From IMG/VR virus record IMGVR_UViG_2657245112_000024: a DNA stretch of 8,483 nucleotides, one strand, 5' to 3'. Positions 7,521 to 8,483 of the stretch are shown here, in pieces. The position numbers and the translations under genes are program-made. The notes under the pieces are model-generated. The model was not told where the DNA came from and did no database searches. It saw only the letters and a program-made list of their open reading frames with translations. Source of the DNA: a virus. Lineage: Duplodnaviria; Heunggongvirae; Uroviricota; Caudoviricetes. Within the stretch, counting starts at the first letter, position 1; each line of letters begins with the position of its first letter.

Positions 7521-7668
7521 TGTTTACTAAAGTCCATAATAGGCTATTAACAGGTTGAGGATGACATGATAGCGATTTTTAATGCAGATAAAAGAGGTTT
7601 GTTGGTTAGCACACAACAGAAAAAGTGACCTTACCGCTTGAACGAAAGGTAAGGGTAAGTAGGCTGTG

Positions 7669-7821
7669 ATGCAGCAAAAGGCGATGTTAATCGCCCTGAT
7701 CGTCATCTGTTTAACCGTCGTTGTGACGGCACTGGTAACGAGGAAAGACATCTGCGAGGTACGAATCCGAACCGGCCAGACGGAGGTCGCTGTCTTCACA
7801 GCTTACGAACCTGAGGAGTAA
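7669..7821 (+). CDS. hok: Hok/Gef-family type I toxin (HokD/RelF-like small membrane peptide)
   Basis: 50 aa: MQQKAMLIALIVICLTVVVTALVTRKDICEVRIRTGQTEVAVFTAYEPEE. Single transmembrane helix plus the conserved C-terminal periplasmic region of Hok proteins. Near-identical to my recollection of E. coli HokD/RelF. Not in the ORF track because it is short. Confidence 0.85.
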   Translation: MQQKAMLIALIVICLTVVVTALVTRKDICEVRIRTGQTEVAVFTAYEPEE

Positions 7822-7889
7822 GAGACCCGGCCGAGGAGAAATCCCCCGCCACCTCTGATGTGTCAGGCATCCTCAACGCACCCGTACTT

Positions 7890-7912
7890 AGCCGCTTCGG
7901 CGGGTTTTTTGT
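7890..7912 (+). terminator. Rho-independent terminator at the 3' end of the hok transcript
   Basis: Hairpin agccgc-ttcg-gcggg (7890-7904) followed by T6 (7905-7910), about 70 nt after the hok stop. Hok mRNAs characteristically end in a structured 3' region. Confidence 0.55.
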
Positions 7913-8095
7913 TGCGCGCTGAATACGCAGGGTGAAAAATAACCATATATTTGATTATATACACAACAAAAAATAAAAGTCATTGTACCTGCACATTAAA
8001 TAATCAAATATACGGCGTGAAATAAATATTTTTCAGATTAATATTTTTGTCTCTATGTGGATATAACCGTTTGTACTTATAAACTCGGAGGCATC

Positions 8096-8308
8096 GTGGA
8101 AAAAATAAAGAAACTATTTAGTTGCAAATACGCAGTCATACGTCGTGATGACCTGTCAGTTATAGTCGAAATGGATTACTTCCCTGAAATCCCAAAATCA
8201 ATGATGTATCGTAATGGTCGAAAGGCAATTTTTTTACCGATGAGGGTAAGTGACATTATGGGAAATGATAAACTGCTGGATGAATTGCGAGTCAGAGCAT
8301 CCTGTTAG
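8096..8308 (+). CDS. Small hypothetical prophage protein (70 aa from the GTG; the track extends it to 83 aa from an ATG at 8057)
   Basis: GTG at 8096 has a GGAGG RBS 5 nt upstream; the ATG at 8057 has none. Sits immediately downstream of hok, the position occupied by rem in the Qin prophage, but the sequence is not confidently recognised. Confidence 0.4.
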   Translation: MEKIKKLFSCKYAVIRRDDLSVIVEMDYFPEIPKSMMYRNGRKAIFLPMRVSDIMGNDKLLDELRVRASC

Positions 8309-8356
8309 TATTGGCATTAATTCTGTTATACTACATAACGGGCTGAACACCCATTC

Positions 8357-8483
8357 GGTGATGCTGCCAACTTACTGATTTAGTGTATGATGGTGTTTTT
8401 GAGGTGCTCCAGTGGCTTCTGTTTCTATCAGCTGTCCCTCCTGTTCAGCTACTGACGGGGTGGTGCGTAACGGCAAAAGCACC
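8357..8483. other. p15A-type plasmid replicon-derived sequence (region 5' of the ori as found in pACYC184-type plasmids)
   Basis: From memory, ggtgatgctgccaacttactgatttagtgtatgatggtgtttttgaggtgctccagtggcttctgtttctatcagctgtccctcctgttcagctactgacggggtggtgcgtaacggcaaaagcacc matches the p15A/pACYC184 sequence just upstream of the origin. Sequence before 8357 does not match. Confidence 0.55.

Noticed and set aside
7521-7668. Possible relE remnant upstream of hok, by analogy with the Qin relBEF operon
   Set aside because: The only frame open here encodes a 20-aa peptide with no resemblance to the RelE C-terminus as I recall it.
7527-7799. 90-aa minus-strand ORF from the track
   Set aside because: Lies antisense across the hok leader and coding region. 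Low-complexity hydrophobic translation, no RBS, and it is the mirror frame of a well-supported Hok gene. Any real minus-strand product here is more likely a short antisense RNA than this protein.
1-8483. CRISPR arrays, tRNA or rRNA genes, transposase or IS elements
   Set aside because: No regularly spaced direct repeats with unique spacers, no tRNA-like cloverleaf candidates, and no transposase-like ORFs or terminal inverted repeats were seen.

Overview
The window reads as the early region of a lambdoid (Rac/Qin-like) prophage of an enterobacterium, with one foreign-looking cargo operon. Left to right: a small minus-strand ORF; a divergent lysogeny switch (DicA/cI-like HTH repressor on minus, Cro/DicC-like HTH on plus, two 15-bp palindromic operators between them); a YdaT-like gene; a replication module (initiator with GTTACA-type iteron palindromes, then a DnaC/IstB-like helicase loader); and two plus-strand hypothetical genes with winged-helix-like segments. 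Then comes a strongly AT-rich minus-strand two-gene operon: a 609-aa ABC-type ATPase with a C-terminal Toprim-like nuclease signature (OLD-family-like), tightly coupled to a complete C5-cytosine DNA methyltransferase. This pairing is the main candidate for a novel restriction-modification-like defence system. Next to it on the plus strand are a Hok-family type I toxin gene with terminator and a small ORF. The last ~127 bp match, from memory, the p15A plasmid replicon region, suggesting a plasmid or vector junction. All calls rest on motif reading and recollection; no database search was run.
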